64,000 nt of DNA from Gammaproteobacteria bacterium. GTDB taxonomy: Bacteria > Pseudomonadota > Gammaproteobacteria > SZUA-140. The stretch covers positions 365,414 to 429,413 of the forward strand of contig JADJWH010000001.1 of assembly GCA_016716465.1 (NCBI GenBank), given 5' to 3'. Positions 48,882 to 64,000 of the stretch are shown here, in pieces. Position numbers and translations under genes: made by a program. Positions within the stretch are counted from its first letter, which is position 1, and the number at the start of each line of letters is the position of its first letter. The notes beneath the pieces were generated by a model that was given only the letters and a program-made list of their open reading frames with translations, ran no database searches and was not told where the DNA came from.

Positions 48882-50443
48882 GCGTCGACAGCTATCTGGA
48901 ACTCTTTACTTCCCTTTTCGGTTGGACCTTCTACGGCATTCTCTGGGATGTGTTGGTCGGTACCGGCATCGTCTATTTGCCGTTCCTGGGGATTCTGATC
49001 GACAACTGGCGCGAACCAGCGCAGGGCGGTGAGGTCGGTCATGCCAGCGGTCTCTCGCTGCGGCGCATGGAGATCGAGCTGTTTATCGCGTTACTGGTGG
49101 TGGTGCTGGCCGGGCAACCCGCTGCCCTCACGCCACTCAATGCCGGCACCTTGTCCTATTCCCCACCACCAACGCTATTGGATCCAACGCCGGCTGCAGC
49201 GACGGTGGCTGTTCCGCAGAGCACCTACGGCACAACGGGCTTCACCGGTACCGCCGCAACCGTTAATGTTCCCGTCTGGTGGTACGGGGTGATTGCACTC
49301 AGCTCGGGCTTAAATCACGCCATTGTCGAAGGCCTGCCGACCGTGGCGGATATGCGGACGTTCGAGCAGCAGGCGCATTTGGCCACCATTGCTGATCCAC
49401 GCCTCAGGCAGGAAGTGAGCGAGTTCTTCAGCCAGTGCTACATTCCGGCGCGTTCCAAATACCAGGCTGAACGACCAAACACAGCGGCCATCAATGGCAT
49501 TCTCACCACGTACGGGGTCGATGACCCGGATTGGATGGGCTCCCACGTCTATCGGGACACCTCGGGCTATTACGACACCCTGCGCCCAGCCAGCCCAATC
49601 ACTGGATGGGCATACATCGCGGCCAGAGATACGGAGTATGACGCCACCTCCCCACCGGCCTGGGGCAAACCCCACTGCAAACAGTGGTGGGAAGACGCGG
49701 CCATTGGATTGCGGGGAAAGCTGGTTACTGAGGCAGATGCCACCTCGGCCGGCTTCTCCGGACTGGTAGTCGCCATCGCGCCCGCTCTGGCCAGCGAACA
49801 GCAAAACGACGCCGTCGCCAAAACCGTACTGACCAACGCGCCGCCCTCCTGGTCGAACAATGAGTTAATCGCCAACAACGCATCCGGAGCAGGGTTGGTC
49901 AACACCGCCGGATCTATCATCAAAGGTGGTCTCGCCACCGGTGGTGTGATCACCGCATCAGCCCTGTTTTCCGTAACCATGACGGCCGTCTTACAATCAC
50001 TGCCCATGGTGCAGGCCATTATGCTGTTGGGTATCTATGCACTGCTGCCATTGGTGGTGGTTTTGTCCCGCTACTCCATTGCCATGATGGTGGTGGGCGG
50101 CATGGCCATCTTCACCATCAAGTTTTGGACGGTACTTTGGTACCTGGCAATGTGGGTGGATCAAAACCTGATTCTGTCCATGTATCCCGACGTTAACGTT
50201 TTCCTGCAGATCTTCGCCAACCCTGGCGAACACGATGCCAAGCGCATGCTGCTGAATATGATTACCACCAGCCTCTATCTGGGACTGCCGCTGTTGTGGA
50301 GTGGGATGATGGCGTGGGCGGGGGTGAAAGTCGGTAGGTCGATTGAGTCGGCAGCGAACCCGATCAAGGCGCCAGCGCAGGATGCTGGCAATCAGGGAGG
50401 AAGTATCGGCAAGATGGTGCTGACCAAAGGTAAGAAACGTTAG
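48878..50443 (+). CDS. traG: TraG N-terminal-domain conjugal transfer protein
   Basis: Multiple TM helices. Synteny as the last T4SS gene. Confidence 0.55.
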   Translation: MSVDSYLELFTSLFGWTFYGILWDVLVGTGIVYLPFLGILIDNWREPAQGGEVGHASGLSLRRMEIELFIALLVVVLAGQPAALTPLNAGTLSYSPPPTLLDPTPAAATVAVPQSTYGTTGFTGTAATVNVPVWWYGVIALSSGLNHAIVEGLPTVADMRTFEQQAHLATIADPRLRQEVSEFFSQCYIPARSKYQAERPNTAAINGILTTYGVDDPDWMGSHVYRDTSGYYDTLRPASPITGWAYIAARDTEYDATSPPAWGKPHCKQWWEDAAIGLRGKLVTEADATSAGFSGLVVAIAPALASEQQNDAVAKTVLTNAPPSWSNNELIANNASGAGLVNTAGSIIKGGLATGGVITASALFSVTMTAVLQSLPMVQAIMLLGIYALLPLVVVLSRYSIAMMVVGGMAIFTIKFWTVLWYLAMWVDQNLILSMYPDVNVFLQIFANPGEHDAKRMLLNMITTSLYLGLPLLWSGMMAWAGVKVGRSIESAANPIKAPAQDAGNQGGSIGKMVLTKGKKR

Positions 50444-50670
50444 TCGTTTTCGTACCAGCCGGTAGCATCGGTGCCGTCATCGAGTTTCCCTGTTCTGTAA
50501 TTCAGGGCTCCGCCTCGAACAGCACTGGAGACTGCATCATCAGACGTGGTGTCAGCGCTTTCAGCCAGCATACCAAGCATACTGCGCAGTAACTGGCCGA
50601 CCGCTGCAAAAATAGCGAAGACGGCTAGCAATATCTTTTGCAAACGAGGCCTTTCTTTTACTGTTGTCAC
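50440..50670 (-). CDS. small single-TM protein, last gene of the minus-strand defence operon
   Basis: Its ATG overlaps the stop of the DUF499 gene (ATGA coupling). Hydrophobic helix [15 protein letters not shown]. Confidence 0.45.
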   Translation of the reverse strand: MTTVKERPRLQKILLAVFAIFAAVGQLLRSMLGMLAESADTTSDDAVSSAVRGGALNYRTGKLDDGTDATGWYEND

Positions 50671-53516
50671 GACTCTTCCTCAAATTCCGCAGAGCTAAAT
50701 TTCAACACATTACAATTCTCTTTGACAGTTCGCTGCATTGATTCATTGAATCCGTCCTGGCTATTGGCCTCAATCTCCACGGATATCCTGACATTCACGC
50801 CGAGCTTGGCAGTGAACTGCTGTACGACTTCATCCATGATGGTGGCAAAGTCCATTTTGGCTTTGACCGGGTCGAGCGAAATAGTGCCGTAGAACTGCTT
50901 CTTGGTTGCTGGTGGTGTAGTTGTGCCCGCACCTCCTGACCCACCGGGCGATGGGGTTGGTGTTCCCGTGCCGCCCGTTCCACCAGCTGGTGTTGTTGTG
51001 CTTCCGGATTCACCGCCCACACCACCGGGCTCAGGGCTAGGCTGAGGTGCTTGTTGCGTACGCTCGCGGTAAGCGACGGCTGTCTCGCGATCTATCAAGA
51101 GAGAAGATTCATCCACTGTGGCTATAGAACTACGTCCGAACGTGAACCCGAGGTAACGGTCGCCTTCCTTGGCGGAGGCGAAGGCAAAGTAGTCTTCGCT
51201 TTCCACGCCCTGGGTGATGGCATTACGGAAAACGCTATCGTTAACAAGCCGTGGCAGGTACAGGTAGTGACAACAGTCCTGCCAGACCTTCAACGCACTG
51301 ACGTCGTTTATGCCTTCTTTCAGGTACCATTGCTTAAGTACATTGCGAAGGTGAATAGGAGACCACTCGTAGATCATCCACTCCTCTTCCCGCAATTTCT
51401 CCTCGATCGCCTGAATCAAGTTGGGCGCTGCGGGGGAGACGGAAACGACTTCCCAATTGAGAGTCGGCTTGCCCTTTATGAACTCTTCTACGGGGGCGAT
51501 TAACCATTTGTAAGTTTCACGCACCAGTTGGGCAAGCGACTGATCTGCACCATCGCGGTTACGCTTGGCCTGATTCAAATGAGACAAATCCTGATTCAAG
51601 TGGCCATTTTCGATATCTGTGGCAATGGACTGCCACGCCAGGAAAATGCGGGCCTGCTCCTTGAGCCGGCCAACCACATCGTAGTCGGGAGCGAGGAAAA
51701 TCAGGCGATTTTGTTTCTGCCGTGGTTGATCGCCGCGGTTGCGCAAAATCTCTTCTGCGGCAGAAAATGCCTGGTTGGTCTCACTGCGACTGTAGGCCGT
51801 GTTTGTCGGCAACACGACCAGTCGCGGGCCCGTGCCATAGTCATCTGGGACATCGACGGACGGTGTAAAGACATGCACGCCACCGAACTGATGATTGCGC
51901 CCGAAAACCTGGGTGACTCGTGTTTTTAACAATGGCAAAAGTTCATCACGTTCGTTGATGTTCTGCTTGCGGCTCTCCATTTCCCGGCGCAGGTTGGGTT
52001 TGGTATCCAGCCAGAATCGGTCTTTGTCGGAATAAAGATAATGCAGTCGATCACGTAAGCGCTTGAGCACGTCTTCAAATACACCGAGCGTTTGACCGGG
52101 TTGTGCCGCGCCCAGCAGGATGCGTTCGACCTGAACGCCGCGAATCATTTGCTCAGTGGTTGATGGTGCGCTGCCGAGAAAAATGGTCCGGGCAGTGCGG
52201 CGTGCGGCTTGCACGCTGCCGAACAGGGTGTGGTGGCCATCGATGTCATAGGGCGCCGAGCGGGTGCCATCCACTTCCCGTTCAATCACGGGCTCCCACC
52301 CTTGAGGAAGGTAGTGAATGCTCTTGTTGCGCACGTTGCCATCTTCCAGTGGTAATGAGCCAGGCATGATCAGCGCGTCTTTGTTATCTGAATTCCATAG
52401 GCGGTGGATAACAATGGCCATATATTGAAGTACGCCACGGGTGCGCTGGAATTTTTCAAGTGTGGACCAGTCCTCGTACAAGCGATCGAAAATCTCCGGG
52501 TGGATCGGGTAAGACCGGCAAAGGCGCTCAAAGTACTCGTTGGATTGTGTTTCGACTGGAAACTTTTCGGCGTTCTGACGATAAAAGTCAGAGAACTGAC
52601 GGCTGATACCCTCCACCTCTGCGCGTTCACCCGGGTTCTCAAACAATCTGCGACGCACAATCTCGAACGCTTCCTCGGTGCCTACCGGCTTCCAGACGGA
52701 CTCAACTCGTGCGAAGTACTTCTCCAGCGAGTTAAGGGCGCGCTGGCCCATGGTGCCTCCGGCTTCCACCTCCGATTCAGGCAGTGAGGCTAATAGAATG
52801 GCGTTGGGCACAGCCTTCAGGGCTTCGGTGAGCGCCTGGATAAAACTGACGTTGCTATCGAATGTGCCAGCCTTATATTGCTTGCCAAGCTCCAGTTGGC
52901 GAATAAACGCCACCAGCTCATCCACCAGAATCACGCATGGGGCTGCCTTGCTGATCAACTCGGTGAGAACCTCTTTTCCGGGAGAGGTGCCGTCAGCGTC
53001 GCTGTCGGCGACCATCTGATAACCCTCATCCCCCAGCAGTTGCCAGGCCAGCTCGCCCCACAGTGTGTTGGCCGTTACGCTCCCGTACTTCCTGGGCTGG
53101 CTGGGCGACAGTTTTATGCCGTCGATTACCGCCACTCTGGCCGAGGGAAGACTCTGAATACCTGCTTCGTCCAATACCGGAGGAATGCCCGTGAGTTTGT
53201 CGGTGCCCACCTTGCGCGAGGCCAGGTGAAACACGGCCAACAAGGTATGGGTCTTGCCGCCACCGAAGGCTGTTTGCAATTGAATGACCGGGTCGCCACC
53301 AAGCCCGGCCAACCGCTGCGCTACGGAGATGAGCAACAGGCGCATGCCTTCAGTGATATAGGTGCGTGAAAAAAACATCTCCGCATCCTGATACTCTGCA
53401 GTGGCTGTGCCATTGGCTACCTGAGTGATGTCAGCCGCAAACTCGGACTGCTTGAAGGTGCCTTCCAGAACATCCTTGTGCGGTGTGGCAATTTCTCGCC
53501 AGGGTTTCAAACTCAT
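50667..53516 (-). CDS. DUF499 (COG1483) AAA-type ATPase
   Basis: N-terminus [30 protein letters not shown]-loop [13 protein letters not shown]. 949 aa. Confidence 0.8.
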   Translation of the reverse strand: MSLKPWREIATPHKDVLEGTFKQSEFAADITQVANGTATAEYQDAEMFFSRTYITEGMRLLLISVAQRLAGLGGDPVIQLQTAFGGGKTHTLLAVFHLASRKVGTDKLTGIPPVLDEAGIQSLPSARVAVIDGIKLSPSQPRKYGSVTANTLWGELAWQLLGDEGYQMVADSDADGTSPGKEVLTELISKAAPCVILVDELVAFIRQLELGKQYKAGTFDSNVSFIQALTEALKAVPNAILLASLPESEVEAGGTMGQRALNSLEKYFARVESVWKPVGTEEAFEIVRRRLFENPGERAEVEGISRQFSDFYRQNAEKFPVETQSNEYFERLCRSYPIHPEIFDRLYEDWSTLEKFQRTRGVLQYMAIVIHRLWNSDNKDALIMPGSLPLEDGNVRNKSIHYLPQGWEPVIEREVDGTRSAPYDIDGHHTLFGSVQAARRTARTIFLGSAPSTTEQMIRGVQVERILLGAAQPGQTLGVFEDVLKRLRDRLHYLYSDKDRFWLDTKPNLRREMESRKQNINERDELLPLLKTRVTQVFGRNHQFGGVHVFTPSVDVPDDYGTGPRLVVLPTNTAYSRSETNQAFSAAEEILRNRGDQPRQKQNRLIFLAPDYDVVGRLKEQARIFLAWQSIATDIENGHLNQDLSHLNQAKRNRDGADQSLAQLVRETYKWLIAPVEEFIKGKPTLNWEVVSVSPAAPNLIQAIEEKLREEEWMIYEWSPIHLRNVLKQWYLKEGINDVSALKVWQDCCHYLYLPRLVNDSVFRNAITQGVESEDYFAFASAKEGDRYLGFTFGRSSIATVDESSLLIDRETAVAYRERTQQAPQPSPEPGGVGGESGSTTTPAGGTGGTGTPTPSPGGSGGAGTTTPPATKKQFYGTISLDPVKAKMDFATIMDEVVQQFTAKLGVNVRISVEIEANSQDGFNESMQRTVKENCNVLKFSSAEFEEES

Positions 53517-53526
53517 GCTTTAGTCC

Positions 53527-56436
53527 TCAAAAATCCAGTCCGAGCTCGGCTTGCGAGCCGCTGTGGCCAACCTCGTGGGAGGCGGTGACAATGGCGTGCC
53601 AGGAACCGATCAATTCGTTGTAGGCGCGGGCATCTTCGGCCCACTTTTTGCGTTCGCACAGGGTGTACAGGTGATAGGCGAGCTGTCGAATGGGTTCGCC
53701 TTTCTCTGGCATCTTGGCCAGTAGTTCGCCAGCGGCGGATTCACCTTGGTTATTAAGACTGCGAATCATCTGGTGGCAGGCTTCCCAGACAGGGGTGCGG
53801 TTGTCTGTAATGGGGTCCCAGTCGGCTTCGTACTCCGCCCATTTCAACAGGCGAACCTTGCCGCCACCGGAATCGACGACCCCGGCTGTATCTACGCCAT
53901 CTACCGTTGTGCCCTTTGCTTGCGCCAGCACGTTCGCTTCACCAAAGGGGCCAATACTCCAGCCGTACTGATCGAACCAGCTGGAGCAGAATTGTGTGTC
54001 GGCATCGAAGCTGCCGGAATCCGGGCTGAGATATTCCGTGATGGCGCGATTTATCAGGATGAGTGCATCATGTACGCTCATCCGTGAGCCATCCTGGTTC
54101 AGTACGGCTTCGTATTTAGAGTAGATGGCCATACCTGGTCCAATCGCGGCCTGGGCTAAATCCACGGGAGCGATGGGTGTGGTACCTGTTTCTCCGCCAA
54201 TCATGGCTTCTAATGCGTCGGGCATCTGTTCACGCAGTTCACGTTGGAAGTCGCGGCGTGAAGCAGAGTCGGCTTCGATTTCACGTTTTTTACATACCAA
54301 AACAACAGATGAAGCGAGAGCATTGGCGCCCGATCCGACCATTCGATTTGCCATTTCAGTGCGCATGGGCCAAGTACCATCAATGGAGAAGCCTGCGCGA
54401 ATAACCGCTTCCAAAAAGGTTTCCCAACCTGTACTTGCAGTGCTGCCTTCTTTGGTTTCCGCCTGCTTAAAAGCGTAATAAATAGTGACGGGAAAGGCCG
54501 GATGACCTTTCTCCGCCAAATTGTGTATTGCCAGAGTCATACCATCTAAAAAGAAGGTTTCAGCCTTTTCTTTGCTTCCGTGCCGATATGGCGTGGCTAC
54601 TAATTCTTCAGCTTTTGGCACGGCCATAGTTAAAAACAAGTCAGGATAAATGGCCCTTAACGACCGGCGCATCCATACATAGAAAAAGTCGGACAAATCT
54701 GCATAACCAATATTGTCATAGTAGGGTGGGTCGGTTGAGATGATTTTATTAATGCTAGTGTTCTGTGTGGCGGCGTCTTGCTGATGAGCGAAACCAAGAC
54801 TATTGGCTGGAGTGTTCGCTAATGCCTTAGATGTCCAATCCGTCATTGCAATCCAATTTCCTGAGGAGTTGCAAAAGGGGTTAGCTTCAACGTAATCCCA
54901 AGTCATGGGAATAGCCTGCCTGCCGAAAGTATTTCGAATAAGTTCTTTGCTCGAGTGCCAGCTACAAATTGATGACCAATAATCTGAAACTTTGTCTGAT
55001 ACAAAGCCCAAATAAACAGCCAAAGCATCTCCGTAAGCGGTCGCACCTTTGCCTCCAGCATTAATACCTATTCCATCGTCTGTCATGCCGGTTGCTTTGG
55101 CATCAGCGATGGCTTTATCGCGGGCTTCCTGCACCAGGTCGGAGAAGGTAGTCAAGGCCACCAGTTGGCGGGGTGTGAAGAGGTCGCCGTATTTACTCAA
55201 ACCATACAGTTGAGTTCTGATATCTCGTGGATTGTGGTTAATCTCAGTTTCCGGTCGCCAGCTTGGCATTGCAGAATTAGCAACTGCTTCTATCTCATCT
55301 GTTGGAGATAGATAGACCCGACCAGATTTTCCTTCCACGACGATCGCCATCAATCGTTGTTTAAATGTGCCTGCCTGCCCCTGTCTTCTGATCTCGGTTA
55401 CGGGGATGGGTGTTTCTGAGACAAGACATTTGAAGTTGCCGCCACGCCCAATTTTTGTACCATCTTTGGCCTCCGCTGGCGGCTTTCCTGCCCGTACCTT
55501 AAAAACATAGCTGTCACTCTCAACTACAGGCACCACATAGGCTTCGTTACCTTTTTTGCTCGATAGAACGAAACTGGAGGCCAGAGGCACATCCACGTGG
55601 CTGAAAGCCGGGTTAGGGCTTTTTACGGTTCTGGCCCAGAGCCAGGCGATAACAGTCAGTACCTGTCCCTGATAAGGTTTCAGGTCGGGTCGTTCAGCGA
55701 CCATCTCTGGCGTGATCTTGATCGTGGGGTAGAGATTACCGATACGCCTGAACGCTTCCTCCCGCATCCAGTGGCCGTAACGACGCACATCCTCGGCCAT
55801 TCCTCTGGCGCCTGACCAGTCATCCATCAGGTTGTCTTGCTTCTCGCCTTTGGGCGGAGGACCTACTGGTCCTTGCCCGGCAAACTTCGGTGGGATCTCA
55901 ATCATGGCTTTGTTGATCATCACGGCCACTGGATTTAAGTCACTGGCATAGCTTTCTAATCCCAGTCGCTGCGCCTCCAGTGGGATCGCCCCTCCGCCGG
56001 CAAATGGATCATGAAAGGCCGGGAGTTTGTCCGGGTTGAACAGTTCTGCTGCTTGGGGGTGATTGCGGTTTAGATAACACGTTTCACGCCAGCTTTCCCA
56101 TATCGCGTCACGAGCCCGACTCAGTACTTCCTGATTATTGATGTTTTCCCACTTCACCAGGTCACGGATTATCTGAAAGAGCTTCTCGCGTTTGATCTCG
56201 GCCTCTTTCTTGTTAACCCCATACTTGAAGCCTTCTCCCTGCTGGTATCCGGGATCATTGACCATTTGCGCAAACAACACAGCCCTTGCTGCTGCCAAAG
56301 GTCGGCGCGCCCACCACAGATGTAAGGTTGATGGATGACCGTGCCGAATTGACTTTTCTCGCGCGGCCGCTGCATTGATGTCATCCAGCGGAAGTGCGAC
56401 CTCAATCAGTTTTTTTGGTGTTTTTATTTCGGCCAT
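53527..56436 (-). CDS. DUF1156-domain N6-adenine DNA methyltransferase (COG1743)
   Basis: N-terminus [36 protein letters not shown]. Motif I DPFAGGGA, motif IV DPPY. Confidence 0.85.
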   Translation of the reverse strand: MAEIKTPKKLIEVALPLDDINAAAAREKSIRHGHPSTLHLWWARRPLAAARAVLFAQMVNDPGYQQGEGFKYGVNKKEAEIKREKLFQIIRDLVKWENINNQEVLSRARDAIWESWRETCYLNRNHPQAAELFNPDKLPAFHDPFAGGGAIPLEAQRLGLESYASDLNPVAVMINKAMIEIPPKFAGQGPVGPPPKGEKQDNLMDDWSGARGMAEDVRRYGHWMREEAFRRIGNLYPTIKITPEMVAERPDLKPYQGQVLTVIAWLWARTVKSPNPAFSHVDVPLASSFVLSSKKGNEAYVVPVVESDSYVFKVRAGKPPAEAKDGTKIGRGGNFKCLVSETPIPVTEIRRQGQAGTFKQRLMAIVVEGKSGRVYLSPTDEIEAVANSAMPSWRPETEINHNPRDIRTQLYGLSKYGDLFTPRQLVALTTFSDLVQEARDKAIADAKATGMTDDGIGINAGGKGATAYGDALAVYLGFVSDKVSDYWSSICSWHSSKELIRNTFGRQAIPMTWDYVEANPFCNSSGNWIAMTDWTSKALANTPANSLGFAHQQDAATQNTSINKIISTDPPYYDNIGYADLSDFFYVWMRRSLRAIYPDLFLTMAVPKAEELVATPYRHGSKEKAETFFLDGMTLAIHNLAEKGHPAFPVTIYYAFKQAETKEGSTASTGWETFLEAVIRAGFSIDGTWPMRTEMANRMVGSGANALASSVVLVCKKREIEADSASRRDFQRELREQMPDALEAMIGGETGTTPIAPVDLAQAAIGPGMAIYSKYEAVLNQDGSRMSVHDALILINRAITEYLSPDSGSFDADTQFCSSWFDQYGWSIGPFGEANVLAQAKGTTVDGVDTAGVVDSGGGKVRLLKWAEYEADWDPITDNRTPVWEACHQMIRSLNNQGESAAGELLAKMPEKGEPIRQLAYHLYTLCERKKWAEDARAYNELIGSWHAIVTASHEVGHSGSQAELGLDF

Positions 56437-56445
56437 TGATAAACC

Positions 56446-60017
<3,572 letters not shown>

Positions 60018-60021
<4 letters not shown>

Positions 60022-60923
60022 GAGCCCTCCGTGGCGACGCGGTTGTTCTGGTTGTAGCCGGGAGCGATGATCAGATTTTCCACGCCGTACAGCGCTTGTC
60101 TGTTCTTGAGCCAGAGGTGGTACTCCGGGCCTTCCAGGCTATGCTCTGCTGAGCAATCGACATTCCAGCGCCGGAGGACGTAACCGGCAACGGCAGCCCG
60201 AACATTGACCTTCAGTACGCCGTTTTCCATGGCGTAATCTGTTTCGATGGTCTTCGGGTGTTTCAGGCTGGGATGGGGGACGATTTCCAGCTCGACCACG
60301 CGATTCCATTGGATGTCGGATTCCCGACCTTCGTGCTCTTTTACCGGCCCGTCCAGAATTTCCGGATCTGAGATGCGGGTGACAACAAAATCCGCGAATC
60401 TTGACTGCTTCCGGTCATAGCCACGGACATGCCAGCGCAAACCATTGTCAACCAATACGAAGGGTACGATCTCGCGCGTAGTTCGGCCGCTGCTCAGAGA
60501 GCGATACACGATTTTGCTCGGCTTGTGCTGATGAATGGCGCGGGTCAGTGCTGACAAGGTATTCAGGTCAGGGTGATTGAGCTGCGCCGGGGCTTCACAA
60601 GCCACCAGCGCCTTGTGCTTCCCCACGAAGTCGTCGCCGAACCCATATGCGAGCGCTGCCATGGCCTGGCTGGGCGAATAATCGAACAACGGCTCAAAGG
60701 ATGTGCCCCGTATGTAGACCTTGGCCTTGGTGTCATATTCCAGATTTTCCGGGGCGAGATCCTTGTACAAAGTGATGTCTCTGGTTGCCGCAGCCTCCTT
60801 GATGCCGAAGCGGCTCACGAGGTCGTTTCGGCCAATAGTCCCCAAGAAATGCGCCTTGAAATCGATGTGCGATAGCCGCTCTTTTTGCGTTTGGTTGATA
60901 TCCAATGGGATGGCCTTGGGCAT
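60018..60923 (-). CDS. WYL-domain protein (BrxR/CapW-like putative regulator), first gene of the cassette
   Basis: [48 protein letters not shown] fits the WYL consensus. Its stop overlaps the helicase start. Confidence 0.6.
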
Positions 60924-60968
60924 GCTTGCTTCCGGTGTGGCTCGATTCGGATTCAGTCTTGCGCCTAT

Positions 60969-61030
60969 GATATTAAAGATATTAGAAGCATGTCAATATG
61001 ATTTGTTGACATCATCAATATGATTATGAT
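60969..61030. promoter_or_regulatory. Divergent promoter region with direct repeats TCAATATGATT (60993 and 61015) flanking TTGACA, and GATATTA x2
   Basis: Read directly. Lies between the WYL operon and the KAP NTPase gene. Confidence 0.4.
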
Positions 61031-61282
61031 CAAATACGCGGGATTATCTGTTGCGTTTAGCCGGGCGCTAAAGGTCACCCGACTGATTTTTCCTGGGGCG
61101 AGTTATGAGTTTTCGAGAGGCGAGCGGAGGGGCAAGAAAAGGTTGGCGGGCAGCGCAGTGGGTGCGCTCACGTTCTACTTGTCCCCGCTCCATTGTGACT
61201 AGCAACTGCTGTTGTGTATAGCATCGTTGGCGTGATCGTCGGTAGTTCATACGAACCTGATTAATCAATAGGAATTGCATGG

Positions 61283-63130
61283 ATGTGGCCAGATAACGAA
61301 ACAGAACGTGATTACCTGAATTTCGGTGGGGTGGCCGAGACGGTTGCTGAAATCACCGTGCAGGCCCAAGGCAGGCCGATTTCTATTGGAGTATCTGGCG
61401 CTTGGGGCGTTGGCAAATCATCAATGATAAAGCTGATTCGCACTGCCCTTACCGAAAAGGACAAAAGTGAGCCAGCCCGATTTATCTATGTGGAGTTCAA
61501 TGCGTGGCTTTATCAAGGCTACGACGATGCCCGAGCAGCGCTACTTGAAGTTATTGCAACTAAATTAAATGAAGAAGCTGAAAAGCGAAAAAGCGGTGTC
61601 GACAAGGCGAAAGAGCTTTTGCATCGCGTCAACTGGCTGCGCGCAGCCAAACTGGGCGCTGGTTCAGCGCTCGCACTCGCGCTGGGGCTCCCACCAACAG
61701 GCTTGATCGGTGACGTAGTTAGAGTTGGCCGGAAGGTGATTGGAGAAGGGGCCGGTGCAGAAGAAGCACAGGAAGCGGCCGACGCAGTATCAGAAGTAAT
61801 TACGACTACAGAAGGCCTAATCAAGGCGAAGCCAGAACTGTCTCCGCCGCGCGAGATCCATGCTATTCGTGAATGCTTTGAGCAGACGTTAGCCGAGATG
61901 GGGGTAACGCTCGTTGTGCTCATCGACGACCTGGATCGCTGTCTTCCACCTACCACGATCTCCACGCTCGAAGCTATTCGGCTGTTTCTCTTCCTGGACA
62001 ACACGGCATTTGTAATCGCAGCCGACGATGCAATGATTAAACATGCGGTCCGACAGCATTTTGGGGAAGTTGATGACGACTTGGTTATTAACTATTTCGA
62101 CAAGCTTATCCAGATCCCCATCCGTGTTCCTCCTCTTGGTACGCAGGAAGTTCGAGCCTATATGATGCTTCTGTTTATCGAGACTACCGATATAGACGAT
62201 ACCCTCAAGGAAGGAATCCGTGAGGCGGTTTGTTCCCAACTTGCCAAAAGTTGGCGTGGCGAGCGTGTAGACCGGGCATTCATTCAGTCAGTTTATAAAG
62301 AAGCGCCGCCGGAGCTGGTGGCGCGTTTTGACACTGCCGATCGCCTCGCTCCCATCATGGTTAGCGCCAGTCAAATCTCTGGAAACCCACGATTGGTCAA
62401 GCGTTTTCTAAACGCGCTCTCAATCAGAATGGCAATCTCGCGTGCTCATGACGTAGGCGTTGATGAAGCGGTATTGGCGAAGATGTTGCTGTTCGAGCGC
62501 TGCGGTAATCCCAAGGCTTACGATGCTTTGATCGCAGCTGTGAACAATGATCCCGAAGGCAAGCCGGTCTTCCTGGCTGAATGGGAGCAGAAAGCTACTT
62601 CTGGCGCAGAGGTTGAGCTGGAGCCGCTTTGGAACGATCGCTTTATTCGAGAATGGCTCACGATCACACCACCGCTCGCTGACACAGATCTGCGAGGAGT
62701 GCTTTATGTCAGCAGAGAGCATGCACCACTGATTACACCGGAAGACCGGTTGTCATCAGAAGGAGCAGAACTACTAACGGCTATCCTCACAAGTCCTGAT
62801 ATGGCGGCGAGTCTGCATGATCGTCTTGCGGTGCTGGCACGTCCAGAGACCACCGTAATTATGGACCGCATACTCGAACAGGCGCGGCGCGAGCAGGAAT
62901 GGGGTACGCCGGCGATCCTGGATGCGTGTATCGCCGTTGCCAAGGCCGATCCGTCACTTGGGACGCGCGTCGCAGGCTTCTTGAGCGAGCGACCTCTTGG
63001 CCAAATTAAGCCAGGTATCGTACCCAAAATCAGCGACCAGCAGTGGGTTGCTGAAGTGTTTGCGCGATGGAAGGACGCTGACGTGAGCGCTCCCGTTAAA
63101 AAGGCAATTGAAGCTGTGGAGAAGAGCTGA
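61283..63130 (+). CDS. KAP-family P-loop NTPase
   Basis: Walker A GVSGAWGVGKSS. Hydrophobic insert GAGSALALALGLPPTGLIG between A and B. Walker B LVVLIDDLDRC. Confidence 0.8.
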   Translation: MWPDNETERDYLNFGGVAETVAEITVQAQGRPISIGVSGAWGVGKSSMIKLIRTALTEKDKSEPARFIYVEFNAWLYQGYDDARAALLEVIATKLNEEAEKRKSGVDKAKELLHRVNWLRAAKLGAGSALALALGLPPTGLIGDVVRVGRKVIGEGAGAEEAQEAADAVSEVITTTEGLIKAKPELSPPREIHAIRECFEQTLAEMGVTLVVLIDDLDRCLPPTTISTLEAIRLFLFLDNTAFVIAADDAMIKHAVRQHFGEVDDDLVINYFDKLIQIPIRVPPLGTQEVRAYMMLLFIETTDIDDTLKEGIREAVCSQLAKSWRGERVDRAFIQSVYKEAPPELVARFDTADRLAPIMVSASQISGNPRLVKRFLNALSIRMAISRAHDVGVDEAVLAKMLLFERCGNPKAYDALIAAVNNDPEGKPVFLAEWEQKATSGAEVELEPLWNDRFIREWLTITPPLADTDLRGVLYVSREHAPLITPEDRLSSEGAELLTAILTSPDMAASLHDRLAVLARPETTVIMDRILEQARREQEWGTPAILDACIAVAKADPSLGTRVAGFLSERPLGQIKPGIVPKISDQQWVAEVFARWKDADVSAPVKKAIEAVEKS

Positions 63131-63975
63131 TGGGCACTTCGTCGTCGAGCTCCGGCTCTCCTTCTGGCACGCCTATGGTGCCGCCTTGGGTGCCAGACCC
63201 GGTGCCACCTGTCGATGGCCCCGGTGATGACGAGAGTGCGCCGCCGGAAAGCGACGCGCCAGATGAGGCAGTGCAGCAGCCAGCCCAGCCTGTACCCATA
63301 GCCCCTCCTGCACGTTTTGGCGGTGCGCGCACTAGGCTCGGCCGCTTTGCTCGCACAGGCTTAGCCGACGATATGCGAAAAGGCGTAGGGCACTACGTCC
63401 ACAAAGGGCTGGGTGGTAGTGGCACGGCAGTGCGCCGCCTTGGTGGTACCGCCCGCACTGCCGGCACGCTGTTTGGTGCGTTATCAGCGGCAGCCGCAGG
63501 CCAGGCATCAGGCCCGGGAAATGAGCTGAACCCGACTGTTCTCGCTGGTCGCAGTGCTGACGAAATAATGAGCGCCGTCGTTGAGGCTGTGCGTCCCGTA
63601 GACGGCACGCAAGACGGTGAGGCCAGTCGCGCCGCTATCGGCAAAGCACTTTCCGAGCTGCTTACACAGTTTCCGGACGCCGACCTGCTCAACCTGTCAG
63701 AGACGCAACGGGTGCTTGCAGTTGAGCGCTTTATTGCATGGGACGTGTTCAACCGATTTGAGCTTGATCTTGGCAAGACGATTCAGGAAAAAGCACCAAG
63801 TGTTGCGAGCGCTCTTTCCCGCCTTAAAGAAGTGAGGGACTTCATTACGCAAACGGTCGCAGCGAGTTTCAGAAAGCTGTCGACCGACGCAACCGCTCTT
63901 GGCAGCAACAAGGTTGCCGCAATTGTCCGAGATGCACTAGGGCTGGCAATTGGTGTATTCGAGGGGTATCTGTAA
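63130..63975 (+). CDS. hypothetical protein translationally coupled to the KAP NTPase, disordered Ser/Pro-rich N-terminus
   Basis: Its ATG overlaps the KAP stop (TGATG). No motif. Confidence 0.5.
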   Translation: MGTSSSSSGSPSGTPMVPPWVPDPVPPVDGPGDDESAPPESDAPDEAVQQPAQPVPIAPPARFGGARTRLGRFARTGLADDMRKGVGHYVHKGLGGSGTAVRRLGGTARTAGTLFGALSAAAAGQASGPGNELNPTVLAGRSADEIMSAVVEAVRPVDGTQDGEASRAAIGKALSELLTQFPDADLLNLSETQRVLAVERFIAWDVFNRFELDLGKTIQEKAPSVASALSRLKEVRDFITQTVAASFRKLSTDATALGSNKVAAIVRDALGLAIGVFEGYL

Positions 63976-64000
63976 ATGAGAATTATCTGTGGTCCCTCCA

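Overview
The window has two parts. Bases 1-6343 are high-GC (~68-70%) proteobacterial core chromosome. They carry a partial 3' gene, an M23 peptidase, xseA, guaB and guaA, plus two families of palindromic REP-like repeats. The GC content falls sharply just after the guaA stop codon. From ~6344 to the end of the window the DNA is an integrative conjugative element (ICE) whose other end lies beyond the window. The evidence for an ICE is a P4-type tyrosine integrase next to guaA, a CI-like/Cro-like/AlpA regulatory switch, ParB-like and ParM-like proteins, RadC, a second tyrosine recombinase, and a near-complete GI-type (MPF-G) type IV secretion system (T4SS). The T4SS includes the TraD coupling protein, a RAQPRD protein, a pilin-like protein, a TraC/VirB4-like ATPase, a TraU-like protein and a TraG N-terminal domain protein. 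The conjugation operons are interrupted or followed by cargo:

- A low-GC module near the integrase encoding a 1216-aa secreted coiled-coil protein and a convergent small secreted protein.
- An Xre(DUF2384)-RES toxin-antitoxin pair overlapping a DnaQ-like DEDDh exonuclease, followed by a 1794-aa STAND-type P-loop NTPase.
- A NERD/topoisomerase-zinc-finger protein.
- A five-gene minus-strand cassette: WYL regulator, SNF2 helicase fused to a PD-(D/E)xK nuclease, DUF1156 N6-adenine methyltransferase, DUF499 ATPase, and a small membrane protein.
- A KAP-family NTPase translationally coupled to an unknown partner.

The most likely uncharacterised systems are the exonuclease plus giant STAND NTPase, the DUF499/DUF1156/helicase-nuclease/WYL cassette, and the KAP pair. 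No rRNA, tRNA or CRISPR array was recognised.
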